NCBI GenBank assembly: GCA_014381465.1
Contig: JACNLP010000074.1
Location: 5,855-69,854, forward strand
DNA: 64,000 nt
From: Flavobacteriales bacterium
Lineage (GTDB): Bacteria; Bacteroidota; Bacteroidia; Flavobacteriales; BACL11
Direction of reading: 5' to 3'
Position 1 is the first letter of the stretch. Each line of letters starts with the position of its first letter. Below the pieces are notes generated by a model. The model was not told where the DNA came from, did no database searches, and was given only the letters and a program-made list of their open reading frames with translations. This document shows positions 31,422 through 40,952 of the stretch, piece by piece. A program made the position numbers and the translations under genes.

Positions 31422-33242
31422 ATGAAAGATTTTTTCAGAATTCTAAAATATGTAAAACCTTATTTGGGATATGCCGGACTTAATATATTTTTCAATATTT
31501 TGAATATTTTATTTTCTCTGGTTTCTATTACTATGATTATCCCTTTTTTAGGGCTTCTTTTTGGCACACAAGAAAAGGTATATAATCCACAAGAACTAGG
31601 GTTTTCTGCTTCTGCAATTAAGGAAAATTTTTATGCACTTATTACCAATATTATTGATGATAAAGGAAAGGTGGAAGCACTTATATTTGTTTGTGTTTTG
31701 ATTTTGGTGATGTTCTTTTTCAGAAATTTGTGCCGATATCTAGCTCTTTATTTTCTTTCGCCAATACGAAATGGAGTGGTTTGCGATTTGCGAAACGATT
31801 TAAATAAAAAAATTATCAGTTTGCCCCTTTCCTTTTTTACTGAAAAAAGAAAAGGGGATATTACCTCTCGTATGACTACCGATTTAGTAGAAATTGAATG
31901 GTCGATAATGAGTTCACTTGAAATGTTTTTCAAAGACCCTCTCAACATTATTATCTTTTTAATTACCCTAATAATTATTAGTCCTAAACTCACTCTTTTT
32001 GTAGTTATTCTCTTTCCCATTACAGGGTTTTTAATTGCCATAATTGGTAAGAGTTTAAAAAAATCCTCTGAGAAAGGACAAAGCAAAATGGGGGATTTAC
32101 TCTCTATAATTGATGAAAATCTATCAGGACTTAGAATCATAAAAGCTTTTGATGCAGAAGAAATGATTCATAAAAAGTTTGAAAAAGAAAGTGCTGATTA
32201 TAGAAATATTATGACTCGTCTTTTACGAAAAAAAGACCTTTCCTCTCCAATGAGTGAATTTTTGAGTACTGTGGTAATGATAGTGGTAATGTGGTTTGGC
32301 GGAAAGTTAGTTTTAAGTGGCAGTGGTACGCTTTCCCCAGAAGAATTCATTGGTTATATTGCAATTTTTTCTCAGCTTATTCCTCCTGCAAAATCGTTCA
32401 CTTCTGCTTATTATTTTATTCAAAAAGGTAGTGCCTCAGCTGCTCGTATTCATGAAATATTAGATGCTGAAAATGACATTAAGGATACTGAAAATGCAAA
32501 AACAATTTCAGAATTTAAATCAGAAATAAAAATGGAAAATCTAACTTTTAGCTATGAAAATATTGCAGTGTTAAAAAATATTAATTTAACGATTTGCAAA
32601 GGAGAAACAGTAGCTTTAGTAGGGCAATCGGGTAGTGGAAAATCTACTTTGGCTGACCTTATTTCTCGTTTTTATGATGTAAAAACAGGAGAAGTAAAAA
32701 TAGATGGAGAAAACATAAAAAACCTGAAAATAGTAGATGTCAGAAAATTGATGGGCATTGTAAATCAGGAATCTATTTTATTTAACGATAGTATTTATAA
32801 CAATATTCTATTGGGTAACCCGATTGCTACAATGCAAGAAGTAGAAAAGGCAGCAAAAGTTGCCAATGCACATGATTTTATTCTAAAAACAGAAAATGGA
32901 TATGATACAAATATTGGCGATAGCGGAGTGAAACTCTCCGGCGGACAAAAACAAAGGTTAAGCATTGCACGAGCTATTTTGAAAAATCCGCCTATTTTGA
33001 TTTTAGATGAAGCAACTTCCTCACTAGATACTGAGTCAGAAAAACTGGTACAAGATGCCCTTAACAATTTAATGCAGTCCAGAACTTCAATTGTAATTGC
33101 TCACCGACTTTCCACCATTCAGAATGCTGATAAAATAATTGTATTGCATGAGGGAAAGGTTGTGGAATATGGAACACATAATGAGCTTTTAGTTAACAAT
33201 AAGCACTATAAAAAGCTGTACGATTTACAAAATTTTTCTTAG
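31422..33242 (+). CDS. ABC transporter, fused permease/ATPase (MsbA-type exporter)
   Basis: Six TM helices plus a nucleotide-binding domain. Walker A GQSGSGKST, signature LSGGQKQR, Walker B ILILDEATS. Confidence 0.93.
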   Translation: MKDFFRILKYVKPYLGYAGLNIFFNILNILFSLVSITMIIPFLGLLFGTQEKVYNPQELGFSASAIKENFYALITNIIDDKGKVEALIFVCVLILVMFFFRNLCRYLALYFLSPIRNGVVCDLRNDLNKKIISLPLSFFTEKRKGDITSRMTTDLVEIEWSIMSSLEMFFKDPLNIIIFLITLIIISPKLTLFVVILFPITGFLIAIIGKSLKKSSEKGQSKMGDLLSIIDENLSGLRIIKAFDAEEMIHKKFEKESADYRNIMTRLLRKKDLSSPMSEFLSTVVMIVVMWFGGKLVLSGSGTLSPEEFIGYIAIFSQLIPPAKSFTSAYYFIQKGSASAARIHEILDAENDIKDTENAKTISEFKSEIKMENLTFSYENIAVLKNINLTICKGETVALVGQSGSGKSTLADLISRFYDVKTGEVKIDGENIKNLKIVDVRKLMGIVNQESILFNDSIYNNILLGNPIATMQEVEKAAKVANAHDFILKTENGYDTNIGDSGVKLSGGQKQRLSIARAILKNPPILILDEATSSLDTESEKLVQDALNNLMQSRTSIVIAHRLSTIQNADKIIVLHEGKVVEYGTHNELLVNNKHYKKLYDLQNFS

Positions 33243-34408
33243 AACAAAAAGTTGTTGTAAGGATATCGTTTTATATGAAGAGCTTTCACTTTTTCATAAA
33301 GCAATTTTCTCAAATCTTCAAAGTTGGTTTTATTAAGAGCGGAAATAAAAATAGTGTTTTCATTCATTTTTGCAATCCCTGTTGCTTTCAATTCTTCCAA
33401 TGAGATATTTTCTTTTGTTTTGGGCGTTAAATCATCTTCCTCTTTTTCTATAAAAGTAAAAGCATCCGTTTTGTTAAACACTATAATCATGGGTTTATCG
33501 CTTGCACCAATTTCTGCTAAAGTTTGATTTACTACTTCTATTTGGCTTTCAAAATTAGGATTGGAAATATCTACAACATGTAAAAGTAAATCCGATTCTC
33601 GCACCTCATCTAAAGTAGATTTAAAGGACTCTACCAATTGATGAGGAAGTTTTCTGATAAAGCCAACGGTATCGGCTAGTAAAAAAGGTAAATTCCCCAC
33701 CACTACTTTACGAATGGTGGTGTCTAAAGTAGCAAAGAGTTTATTTTCGGCAAACACCTCTGATTTGCTTAGCTGATTCATCAAAGTAGATTTCCCAGCA
33801 TTGGTGTAGCCAACAAGTGCTAGCCGAATCATATCTCCCCTTCCTTTTCTTTGTGTAGTTTTTTGCTTATCTATTTTTTCCAATTTCTTTTTTAGTAAAG
33901 AAATTTTCTGTCCTATTATTCTTCTGTCGGTTTCAATTTGAGTTTCACCAGGCCCTCTCATTCCAATCCCTCCTTTTTGTCTTTCAAGGTGTGTCCACAT
34001 TCTAGTAAGGCGTGGTAGCAAGTATTGATATTGAGCCAATTCTACTTGGGTTTTTGCATTTGCTGTTCTGGCACGAGAGGCAAAAATATCTAATATCAAA
34101 TTGCTTCTATCCATTATTTTACATTCTAAAATGCGTTCAATATTCCTTAATTGAACAGGGCTCAAATCATCATCAAAAATAATAAGCTGAACTTCTTGCT
34201 CTTCTGCTAGCTGCTTTACTTCTTCAATCTTGCCTTTACCAATAAAAGTTTTATTGTTGGGAACAGTAAGTTTTTGGGTTATCTTTTTCACTGGAATTGC
34301 TCCAGCAGTTTTAGCCAAAAAAGCCAATTCATCCAAATATTCTTCTGCCTTGCTTTTGTTTTGTTCAGGAGTAATTACTCCAATAAGAATTGCTTTTTCT
34401 TTCCCCAA
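33239..34408 (-). CDS. hflX: GTPase HflX
   Basis: 389 aa. HflX N-domain followed by G1 GYTNAGKST, G3 DTVGF and G4 NKTD. Confidence 0.95.
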   Translation of the reverse strand: MGKEKAILIGVITPEQNKSKAEEYLDELAFLAKTAGAIPVKKITQKLTVPNNKTFIGKGKIEEVKQLAEEQEVQLIIFDDDLSPVQLRNIERILECKIMDRSNLILDIFASRARTANAKTQVELAQYQYLLPRLTRMWTHLERQKGGIGMRGPGETQIETDRRIIGQKISLLKKKLEKIDKQKTTQRKGRGDMIRLALVGYTNAGKSTLMNQLSKSEVFAENKLFATLDTTIRKVVVGNLPFLLADTVGFIRKLPHQLVESFKSTLDEVRESDLLLHVVDISNPNFESQIEVVNQTLAEIGASDKPMIIVFNKTDAFTFIEKEEDDLTPKTKENISLEELKATGIAKMNENTIFISALNKTNFEDLRKLLYEKVKALHIKRYPYNNFLF

Positions 34409-34411
34409 ATT

Positions 34412-34834
34412 TTAAAATGCTAATAGTTTATTAAAAGGTGTTCTTGCCAAAATAAAAACTAGGGCAATTACAAAATAAATAAAAGTTGTTTTAGCCGATT
34501 TAGCATTATCTTCTATTTTTTTAGCTTTTACCTTTCCAACTGAAATAAGAATAATTGCAACTAGCATCAAAAAAGGATGCTCAACATAAGTATATCTACT
34601 TGCAGCATCTTTCATAATTGCTGCCCAATTAGGGTTTGAAAAAGCAAATTGGGTAAATAAAATAATTCCAAACACTAATTGCAAGTGAGCCAAAATCATA
34701 GTAATAGATTGAATTTTACATTTTTTAAGACATATATCTTTAGCAGCAAAAGCTACAAAATACGATTTTGTTATAGCCATCACAAGAGTAAAAATTAATA
34801 AAAATGGAAGAAAATGATGAATCATTAATGACAT
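34412..34834 (-). CDS. Hypothetical integral membrane protein (about 4 TM helices)
   Basis: 140 aa, hydrophobic. Starts upstream of hflX and ends 3 nt before it. No motif recognised. Confidence 0.5.
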   Translation of the reverse strand: MSLMIHHFLPFLLIFTLVMAITKSYFVAFAAKDICLKKCKIQSITMILAHLQLVFGIILFTQFAFSNPNWAAIMKDAASRYTYVEHPFLMLVAIILISVGKVKAKKIEDNAKSAKTTFIYFVIALVFILARTPFNKLLAF

Positions 34835-34955
34835 AATTTTTTAGTTTTAGTTTTTACAAATGTATCATTTTTATTCAGATAATTATTTTTTCCGCTACAT
34901 AAACCTATTGTTCTTTGCAAAATTTAAGTAAATTCACGGCTTTAAATTTTCTAAA

Positions 34956-37934
34956 ATGCTAAAACAATTCTGCTTCTACTTCTTTTCTTTTTTTTACTTA
35001 CACTCTTTTGGGCAAGAAACATTTCCAACAAATGGAGTAGCTACCGAATTTGAACCCATTTATGCCTTTATAAATGCACATATAATAGATGCAGAAAATG
35101 AAATTCCTAATGGAACATTACTCATTCAAGGAAATAAAATTTTACAAGCAGATACTGGAGTGCAGATTCCAAAAAATGCGATAATAAAAGATTTAAAGGG
35201 CGACTATATTTATCCTTCTTTTATTGATCTGAACACACAGTATGGCTTGCCAAAAACAGTAAGTAGAGATCACTCTTTCCGTCCACAATATAATAGTAAT
35301 AAAAAAGGTGCTTTCCATTGGAATCAAGCCATTCACCCTGAAGTAATAGCTATTAACAACTTTCAGAACGATAATAAAAAAGCAATAAGTTTTAGAAGTA
35401 TTGGTTTTGGAGCAGTACTCACACACCAACAAGATGGAATAGCAAGAGGGACTGGCGGCTTGGTATTACTCTCTAACAAAAAAGAACATCAAAATATTTT
35501 GATAAAAAATGCTTCTGCCCACTACTCTTTTAACAAAGGAAATTCTAGCCAGAAATACCCCACTTCACTTATGGGAAGTATTGCGCTACTTAGGCAAACT
35601 TATTTGGATGCAGAATGGTACAACCAAGATGTAAGCGATTTTAATTATTCTTTTGAGGCTTTTAATAGTGAGCAAGATTTACCACAAATATTTGAAGCAA
35701 AGGATGTTTTTGATATTTCGAGAATTTACAAAATTGCAGATGAATTTGAAGTGGATTATATTATAATAGGAAATGGGGATGAATATAAAGAGTTAGATAT
35801 AATTAAGCAAACAGATTTCTCCTTTATTTTACCTCTAAATTTTCCTGAAAGTTATGAAGTTAGCAACCCTGAAGAAGCAGAAAATATATCTTTAGAACAA
35901 CTAAAACATTGGGAAACAGCTCCTTTTAACCCTCTTATTTTAGCCAATAATAATATTACTTTTTCATTTACAAGTTCAGGACAGAAAAATCCAAAAGATT
36001 TTTTGAAAATTTTGAGAAAGGCTATACAAAAAGGCCTTTCTAAACAAGATGCACTTGCTGCCCTTACTACAATTCCTGCTAAGCAAATAAATGCAGAACA
36101 ATTACTAGGTACAATTAAAAAAGATAAATATGCTAATTTTATTATTTGCTCCAAAGATATTTTTGAGGATGGAATTATTTATGAAAATTGGGTTAGTGGA
36201 AAAAAATATGTTGTAAGCAAAAAACAAGAAATAGATGTAAGAGGATATTACACGCTAAATTCTCAGGAGATTAAAGATGAATTAGTCGCAATAAAAGGAA
36301 GTAAGGCAAAGCCAAAAACTACTATCTTTTTCTTGGATTCATTAGCGCTTAAAACCTCACTTTCTGATAAAGAAATAAGCATCAATACAAAAGATGGTGC
36401 GTTTCGTGCTGTAGGCACTTTTTCTGATGGTAAAATAAATGGGAGATTTCAAGATGAAAATGGAACTTTTTATCACTTTTCAATGGTTCGCGATTCTCTT
36501 TTTAAGGAAAAGAAAAAAGAATTTTCAGCAGAAATTGATAGCATAATCCCTGAAATTTGGTTGCCCAATAAAGCCTATGGCTTTACCAAAAAACCAACTG
36601 CTGAAATTATCCTTTTTAAAAATGCAACCCTTTGGACAAATGAAGTAGAAGGGGTTTTGGAAAATGCAGAAATAATTATAAAAGATGGTGCCATTATTGC
36701 TGTTGGAAAAGAGCTTGATCTTTCCGAAATTTTGGAAAAAGATGAGATTGTAAAAACAATTGATGCTAGTGGAAAACACATTAGTTGTGGCATCATTGAT
36801 GAACATTCGCACATTGCCATTACAAGAGGTGTAAATGAAGGAAGTCAAGCCGTTACAGCTGAAGTGAGAATAGGAGATGTAATTAATGCTAATGATATTA
36901 ATATTTACCGGCAACTTTCAGGAGGGGTAACTGCTTCACAGCTTTTGCACGGTTCAGCCAATCCCATTGGCGGACAATCGGCACTAATAAAACTCAGATG
37001 GGGAAGTAGTGCAGAGGAATTAAAAATTGAAGGGGCAGATGGTTTTATCAAGTTTGCTTTGGGCGAAAATGTAAAACAATCCAATTGGGGCGATTTTAAT
37101 AAAGTGCGCTTTCCACAAAGCAGAATGGGTGTAGAACAAGTTTTTTATGATGCTTTTTATAGAGCCAGAAAATACCAATTGGAGTGGGATTTGTATAATG
37201 CCATGCCAAGTAATATGAAAAGAAAATCAGAATCTCCAAGAGAAGATTTGGAACTAAACGCACTTGTAGAAATTTTGAAAGGTGAACGCTTTGTTACATG
37301 CCACTCTTATGTGCAATCAGAAATAAATATGCTAATGCATGTGGCCGATTCCATGCGATTTCGTATTAATACTTTTACCCATATATTAGAGGGTTACAAA
37401 ATAGCCGATAAATTAGCCAAACATGGAGCAGGAGGTTCTACTTTTTCGGATTGGTGGGCATACAAATTTGAGGTAAATGATGCCATACCCTATAATGCTA
37501 CTCTGCTAAATAATGCCGGTGTGGTAACTGCTATTAATTCTGATGATGCCGAAATGGGAAGGCGGCTAAATCAGGAAGCAGCAAAAGCAGTAAAATATGG
37601 CGGAACAACAGAGGAAGATGCTTGGAAAATGGTAACACTTAATCCTGCTAAACTCTTGCATTTGGATGAAAAAATGGGGTCCTTAAAAGTAGGAAAGGAT
37701 GCCGACATTGTTATTTGGTCCGAGAATCCTTTATCAGTTTATGCCAAAGTTGAGCAAACTTATGTAGATGGTATTTGTCTGTTTGATAAGGATAGGGATT
37801 TACAACTGAGAGAACAAAATTTGCAAGAGAGAATGCGAATCATTCAAAAAATGATGAATGAAAAAAACGAGAAAAAACAAAATCCAAAAAAAGAAAAAGA
37901 AAAATTATACCATTGCGATACTTTAGAACCATGA
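34956..37934 (+). CDS. Large secreted amidohydrolase-family protein (two amidohydrolase-like halves)
   Basis: 992 aa with a signal peptide. The C-terminal half has IIDEHSHIAITRG (HxH), HSYVQSE and NSDDAE. The N-terminal half has the same fold signature, but FIDLNTQYG replaces HxH. Confidence 0.85.
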   Translation: MLKQFCFYFFSFFYLHSFGQETFPTNGVATEFEPIYAFINAHIIDAENEIPNGTLLIQGNKILQADTGVQIPKNAIIKDLKGDYIYPSFIDLNTQYGLPKTVSRDHSFRPQYNSNKKGAFHWNQAIHPEVIAINNFQNDNKKAISFRSIGFGAVLTHQQDGIARGTGGLVLLSNKKEHQNILIKNASAHYSFNKGNSSQKYPTSLMGSIALLRQTYLDAEWYNQDVSDFNYSFEAFNSEQDLPQIFEAKDVFDISRIYKIADEFEVDYIIIGNGDEYKELDIIKQTDFSFILPLNFPESYEVSNPEEAENISLEQLKHWETAPFNPLILANNNITFSFTSSGQKNPKDFLKILRKAIQKGLSKQDALAALTTIPAKQINAEQLLGTIKKDKYANFIICSKDIFEDGIIYENWVSGKKYVVSKKQEIDVRGYYTLNSQEIKDELVAIKGSKAKPKTTIFFLDSLALKTSLSDKEISINTKDGAFRAVGTFSDGKINGRFQDENGTFYHFSMVRDSLFKEKKKEFSAEIDSIIPEIWLPNKAYGFTKKPTAEIILFKNATLWTNEVEGVLENAEIIIKDGAIIAVGKELDLSEILEKDEIVKTIDASGKHISCGIIDEHSHIAITRGVNEGSQAVTAEVRIGDVINANDINIYRQLSGGVTASQLLHGSANPIGGQSALIKLRWGSSAEELKIEGADGFIKFALGENVKQSNWGDFNKVRFPQSRMGVEQVFYDAFYRARKYQLEWDLYNAMPSNMKRKSESPREDLELNALVEILKGERFVTCHSYVQSEINMLMHVADSMRFRINTFTHILEGYKIADKLAKHGAGGSTFSDWWAYKFEVNDAIPYNATLLNNAGVVTAINSDDAEMGRRLNQEAAKAVKYGGTTEEDAWKMVTLNPAKLLHLDEKMGSLKVGKDADIVIWSENPLSVYAKVEQTYVDGICLFDKDRDLQLREQNLQERMRIIQKMMNEKNEKKQNPKKEKEKLYHCDTLEP

Positions 37935-39196
37935 TAAAAAAACTAATTATATTTATATTCTGCATTACTTTTGTACAAACTATTTTTGCCCAAAGTCATG
38001 TTTTGTATTTGGGAGCAATTGCACATTTAGGCAATGGACTGAAAATTGAAAATGCTGCTATTGGAGTGGAAGATGGAAAATTCTCTTTGGTGGCAGACGC
38101 AAGTATTATCCGAATAAACCCTACTGCTTATGACACTATAATAAAACTTGGAGGAAAGCATATTTATCCTGCTTTTATTGTGCCCAACACTACCTTAGGA
38201 ATTACTGAAATCGGACAAGTAAGGGCAACTCACGACTATAGAGAAGTTGGTGCACTCAACCCAAATGTTCGTTCGCTTATTGCCTATAATACCGATTCTA
38301 AAATTATTACAACCGTTAGAAGTAATGGTGTTCTTTTAGCACAAGTTACTCCAAGAGGAGGTACTGTTTCAGGACAATCTTCTGTTATGTATTTAGATGG
38401 TAATAATTGGGAAGATGCAGTGCTTAGGGCAGATGATGGCTTGCATCTTAATTGGCCGAATTCTTACTATTATACTGGTTGGTGGGCAGAGCCAGGAGAA
38501 AACAAAAAAAACGATAAATATAACAAGCGAACTGATGAGATAAAAACCTTTTTTACAAAAGCAGAGTCCTATGCTAAATCTTCTAATATTATGGATTTGC
38601 GTATGGAGAGTATGAAAGGGCTGTTTGATGGAAGTAAAACACTTTACATACATGCTGATTACGGAAAAGATATGCGCAAAGCAATTGAAATGACAAACGA
38701 ATTAGGCATCAAAAAAGTAGTGATTGTGGGGGCAGAGGAAGCTCTGAAAATTGTAGATTTATTGAAAGAAAAAAATATTTCCTTAATATTAAATAGGGTG
38801 CACAGATTACCTGACAGCCAGGATAGTCCAATTGATGATCCATTTACGCAAAGTCGAAAACTAAAAGAAGCGGGCATATTATTTTGCTTTGATTATGCTG
38901 GTGATATGGAAGCCATGGGCGCCAGAAACTTGCCTTTTTCTGCTGGTACAGCTGTGGCTTATGGTTTGGATTATGAAGATGCCATTTCTGCAATTACTTT
39001 AAATACTGCTAAGATTTTAGGCATTGATGCAGAGGTCGGCTCCATTGAACATGGCAAAGATGCTACCTTCTTTATATCAACTGCTGATGCGCTTGATATG
39101 CGCACCAATAATGTGGAACAGGCATACATTAAAGGAAATCCGATAGACTTAAACAACCACCAAAAAGAACTTTTTCAGAAGTATAAGGGTAGATAG
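37931..39196 (+). CDS. Amidohydrolase-family protein (HxH motif replaced)
   Basis: MIKKLIIFIF signal peptide at 37931, with ATGA overlap to the upstream gene. YPAFIVPNTTLGITEIG sits where HxH is expected. C-terminal GSIEHGKDATFFI motif. Confidence 0.85.
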   Translation: MIKKLIIFIFCITFVQTIFAQSHVLYLGAIAHLGNGLKIENAAIGVEDGKFSLVADASIIRINPTAYDTIIKLGGKHIYPAFIVPNTTLGITEIGQVRATHDYREVGALNPNVRSLIAYNTDSKIITTVRSNGVLLAQVTPRGGTVSGQSSVMYLDGNNWEDAVLRADDGLHLNWPNSYYYTGWWAEPGENKKNDKYNKRTDEIKTFFTKAESYAKSSNIMDLRMESMKGLFDGSKTLYIHADYGKDMRKAIEMTNELGIKKVVIVGAEEALKIVDLLKEKNISLILNRVHRLPDSQDSPIDDPFTQSRKLKEAGILFCFDYAGDMEAMGARNLPFSAGTAVAYGLDYEDAISAITLNTAKILGIDAEVGSIEHGKDATFFISTADALDMRTNNVEQAYIKGNPIDLNNHQKELFQKYKGR

Positions 39197-39271
39197 TTGT
39201 TGGTTGTTGGAATTTAGACCACAGTCAATATAAAAACTCCCCTCTAATAAGAAGGGGTGGGGGTGTGTAAA

Positions 39272-39493
39272 CTACAAATTCTGAAAAAAATCTTTTAAGG
39301 ATATTTTATGAATAGCTAAAATTTTAAGCAAAGATTTTATAGTAAAATTAGTCCCCTTTTCCATGCGCCAATATTGTATGCGCGAAAGACCATGCTCCCA
39401 AGCAAAAGCATCATAACCAGAAAAACCAGCTTCTTTCCTTAAAAGTTTTAGCTTCTCCCCTATCTTTTTTATTTGAATTTCGTTTCTTTCCAT
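39272..39493 (-). CDS. XRE-family helix-turn-helix transcriptional regulator
   Basis: 73 aa. IGEKLKLLRKEAGFS...LSRIQYWRMEKG...IKSLLKILAIHKISLKDFF is an HTH_3 pattern. Confidence 0.8.
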   Translation of the reverse strand: MERNEIQIKKIGEKLKLLRKEAGFSGYDAFAWEHGLSRIQYWRMEKGTNFTIKSLLKILAIHKISLKDFFQNL

Positions 39494-39570
39494 TTAAGGT
39501 GGAAAAATGAACATAAACTTACAAATACGAAACATCTTTTAAGTAAGTATCTATTATGATACATTTTTTA

Positions 39571-39578
39571 TATATTTG
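39571..39578 (+). promoter_or_regulatory. -7 box TATATTTG upstream of PKD lipoprotein gene
   Basis: TAnnTTTG match 29 nt upstream of the ATG at 39607 and downstream of the track ORF start at 39556. Confidence 0.4.
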
Positions 39579-39606
39579 TACATTATTTATTAGAAAAACT
39601 ATTTTT

Positions 39607-40356
39607 ATGAAAAAGAAATTATTTTATTTATTAGTTATTGGCATAGTATTTAACTCCTGTAAGAAAGAGGATGATGTTGCAGCACCCAATAACACCAATA
39701 ATACAACAACCCCAGTTGCAAATTTTAATTTTACTGGTGCCAATGCACCTGCTCCAAGATTAATCTCTTTTTCCAATACATCTTCTAATTCTTCATCATA
39801 CAATTGGGATTTTGGTGATGGAAGCAATTCTAGCCTTAAAAATCCTACTCATTTGTATGCAGATGGGGGTAATTATAGCGTTACATTAACGGCTAACGGA
39901 GAAGATAGTAAACAAGATGTTATTGCGAAAACCATATCAATTGAAGAAAAACCAAGTCGAATGAAAATAACAGGATTGTGGGTTTTGAAAATGCCAATGA
40001 CAAATTCAAATGGCGCGGGCTGGGATACTTTTGATGGTCCTGATGTATATTTTACATTAACAAAAGATGGCCAAACATACATTAGTTCTAATTACTACTC
40101 TAATATTACTTCAGCAAGTTTACCATTGGTATATACAGCTGATTTCCCATTTACAATAACGTATATCTCATCAAAACACACTATAACTTTATATGATTAT
40201 GAGGTTGTTGGCGTAATAGATGATTTGATTGGTGGTTGGCATTTTTGGCCAAACTCATTCATGCCCACTAATGGCACAGATGATTATCCATCAACTATTG
40301 AATTAGGTACATCAAGTTCTGCTATTCATATAAGGCTATATGTGGAATGGCTATAA
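39607..40356 (+). CDS. Lipoprotein with PKD domain and C-terminal C2-like beta-sandwich region
   Basis: MKKKLFYLLVIGIVFNSC lipobox. PKD signature YNWDFGDGSNSSLKNPTHLYADGGNYSVTLTA. C-terminal ~130 aa contain GWDTFDGPDVYFTL and LYDYEVVGVIDDLIGG. Confidence 0.75.
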   Translation: MKKKLFYLLVIGIVFNSCKKEDDVAAPNNTNNTTTPVANFNFTGANAPAPRLISFSNTSSNSSSYNWDFGDGSNSSLKNPTHLYADGGNYSVTLTANGEDSKQDVIAKTISIEEKPSRMKITGLWVLKMPMTNSNGAGWDTFDGPDVYFTLTKDGQTYISSNYYSNITSASLPLVYTADFPFTITYISSKHTITLYDYEVVGVIDDLIGGWHFWPNSFMPTNGTDDYPSTIELGTSSSAIHIRLYVEWL

Positions 40357-40684
40357 CAGAAACAAGAAATATATTTTGAAAAAAATTCTATTTATCTCCT
40401 TATTGCTATTATTATTTTCATGCAAAAAGGAAGAAGAATGTGAAAAGGACAATATTAGCTATATTGATATTAATAATGCTGACAATGAATCCTATTATAT
40501 GTATGTTGATGAAGTATATAAACAAATAATTTTAGGGAACACATACCTCAACGATTATGAAGTATCTGCTGGTTACCATAAATTTACATTTAAAGAAATT
40601 GAGTGGATATTTGTTCAGGATGTCTATGAAACAGATGGCAATTATAATCAATGCGACCATAAATCCATTGTTTTTGGTAATTAA
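40340..40684 (+). CDS. Small hypothetical lipoprotein
   Basis: LLLLLFSCKKEEE lipobox. An ATG at 40340 overlaps the upstream gene by 17 nt; an alternative in-frame TTG lies at 40376. No family recognised. Confidence 0.55.
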   Translation: MWNGYNRNKKYILKKILFISLLLLLFSCKKEEECEKDNISYIDINNADNESYYMYVDEVYKQIILGNTYLNDYEVSAGYHKFTFKEIEWIFVQDVYETDGNYNQCDHKSIVFGN

Positions 40685-40876
40685 AACAGGGTTTTTTATT
40701 GATTTATTACTAACTACAACACATATCTTTTAGTTTTTCCAAAGCATTAAATCCCTTTGTATCGTTTCCTACTTTTTTGGTGTTTTTATTAAATCAAAAA
40801 AGGATTGCTCATTTTTTCTTTTACAATGAAGTGATGTTTTTTTTGATGTTTCTCTCAGCTCTTTTAGGATTAAAAT

Positions 40877-40910
40877 CGTGAAAAACACTTAAAATATCTT
40901 AATTTTCACG
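40877..40910. promoter_or_regulatory. Inverted repeat CGTGAAAA-N18-TTTTCACG upstream of fic
   Basis: Perfect 8-bp arms at 40877-40884 and 40903-40910, centred about 50 nt upstream of the fic -7 box. Confidence 0.3.
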
Positions 40911-40940
40911 GTATTAAGCGAATAACCGTTAAAATATAGC

Positions 40941-40948
40941 TATCTTTG
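40941..40948 (+). promoter_or_regulatory. -7 box TATCTTTG upstream of fic
   Basis: TAnnTTTG match ending 5 nt before the ATG at 40953. Confidence 0.4.
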
Positions 40949-40952
40949 CTGA

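Noticed and set aside
39197-39271. G/C-rich patch CTCCCCTCTAATAAGAAGGGGTGGGGG between convergent genes, considered as a bidirectional terminator
   Set aside because: Only about 5 bp pair cleanly (CCCCT/AGGGG) and there is no flanking T-run, so support is insufficient.
40685-40876. Possible decayed small ORF on the minus strand across an A8 run (fragments ...FNPKRAERNIKK / KHHFIVKEKMSNPFLI), vaguely reminiscent of a BrnT/DUF497-type toxin N-terminus
   Set aside because: The resemblance needs a frameshift plus indels and covers fewer than 40 aa. That is too weak to call without a database search, so it is left as non-coding.
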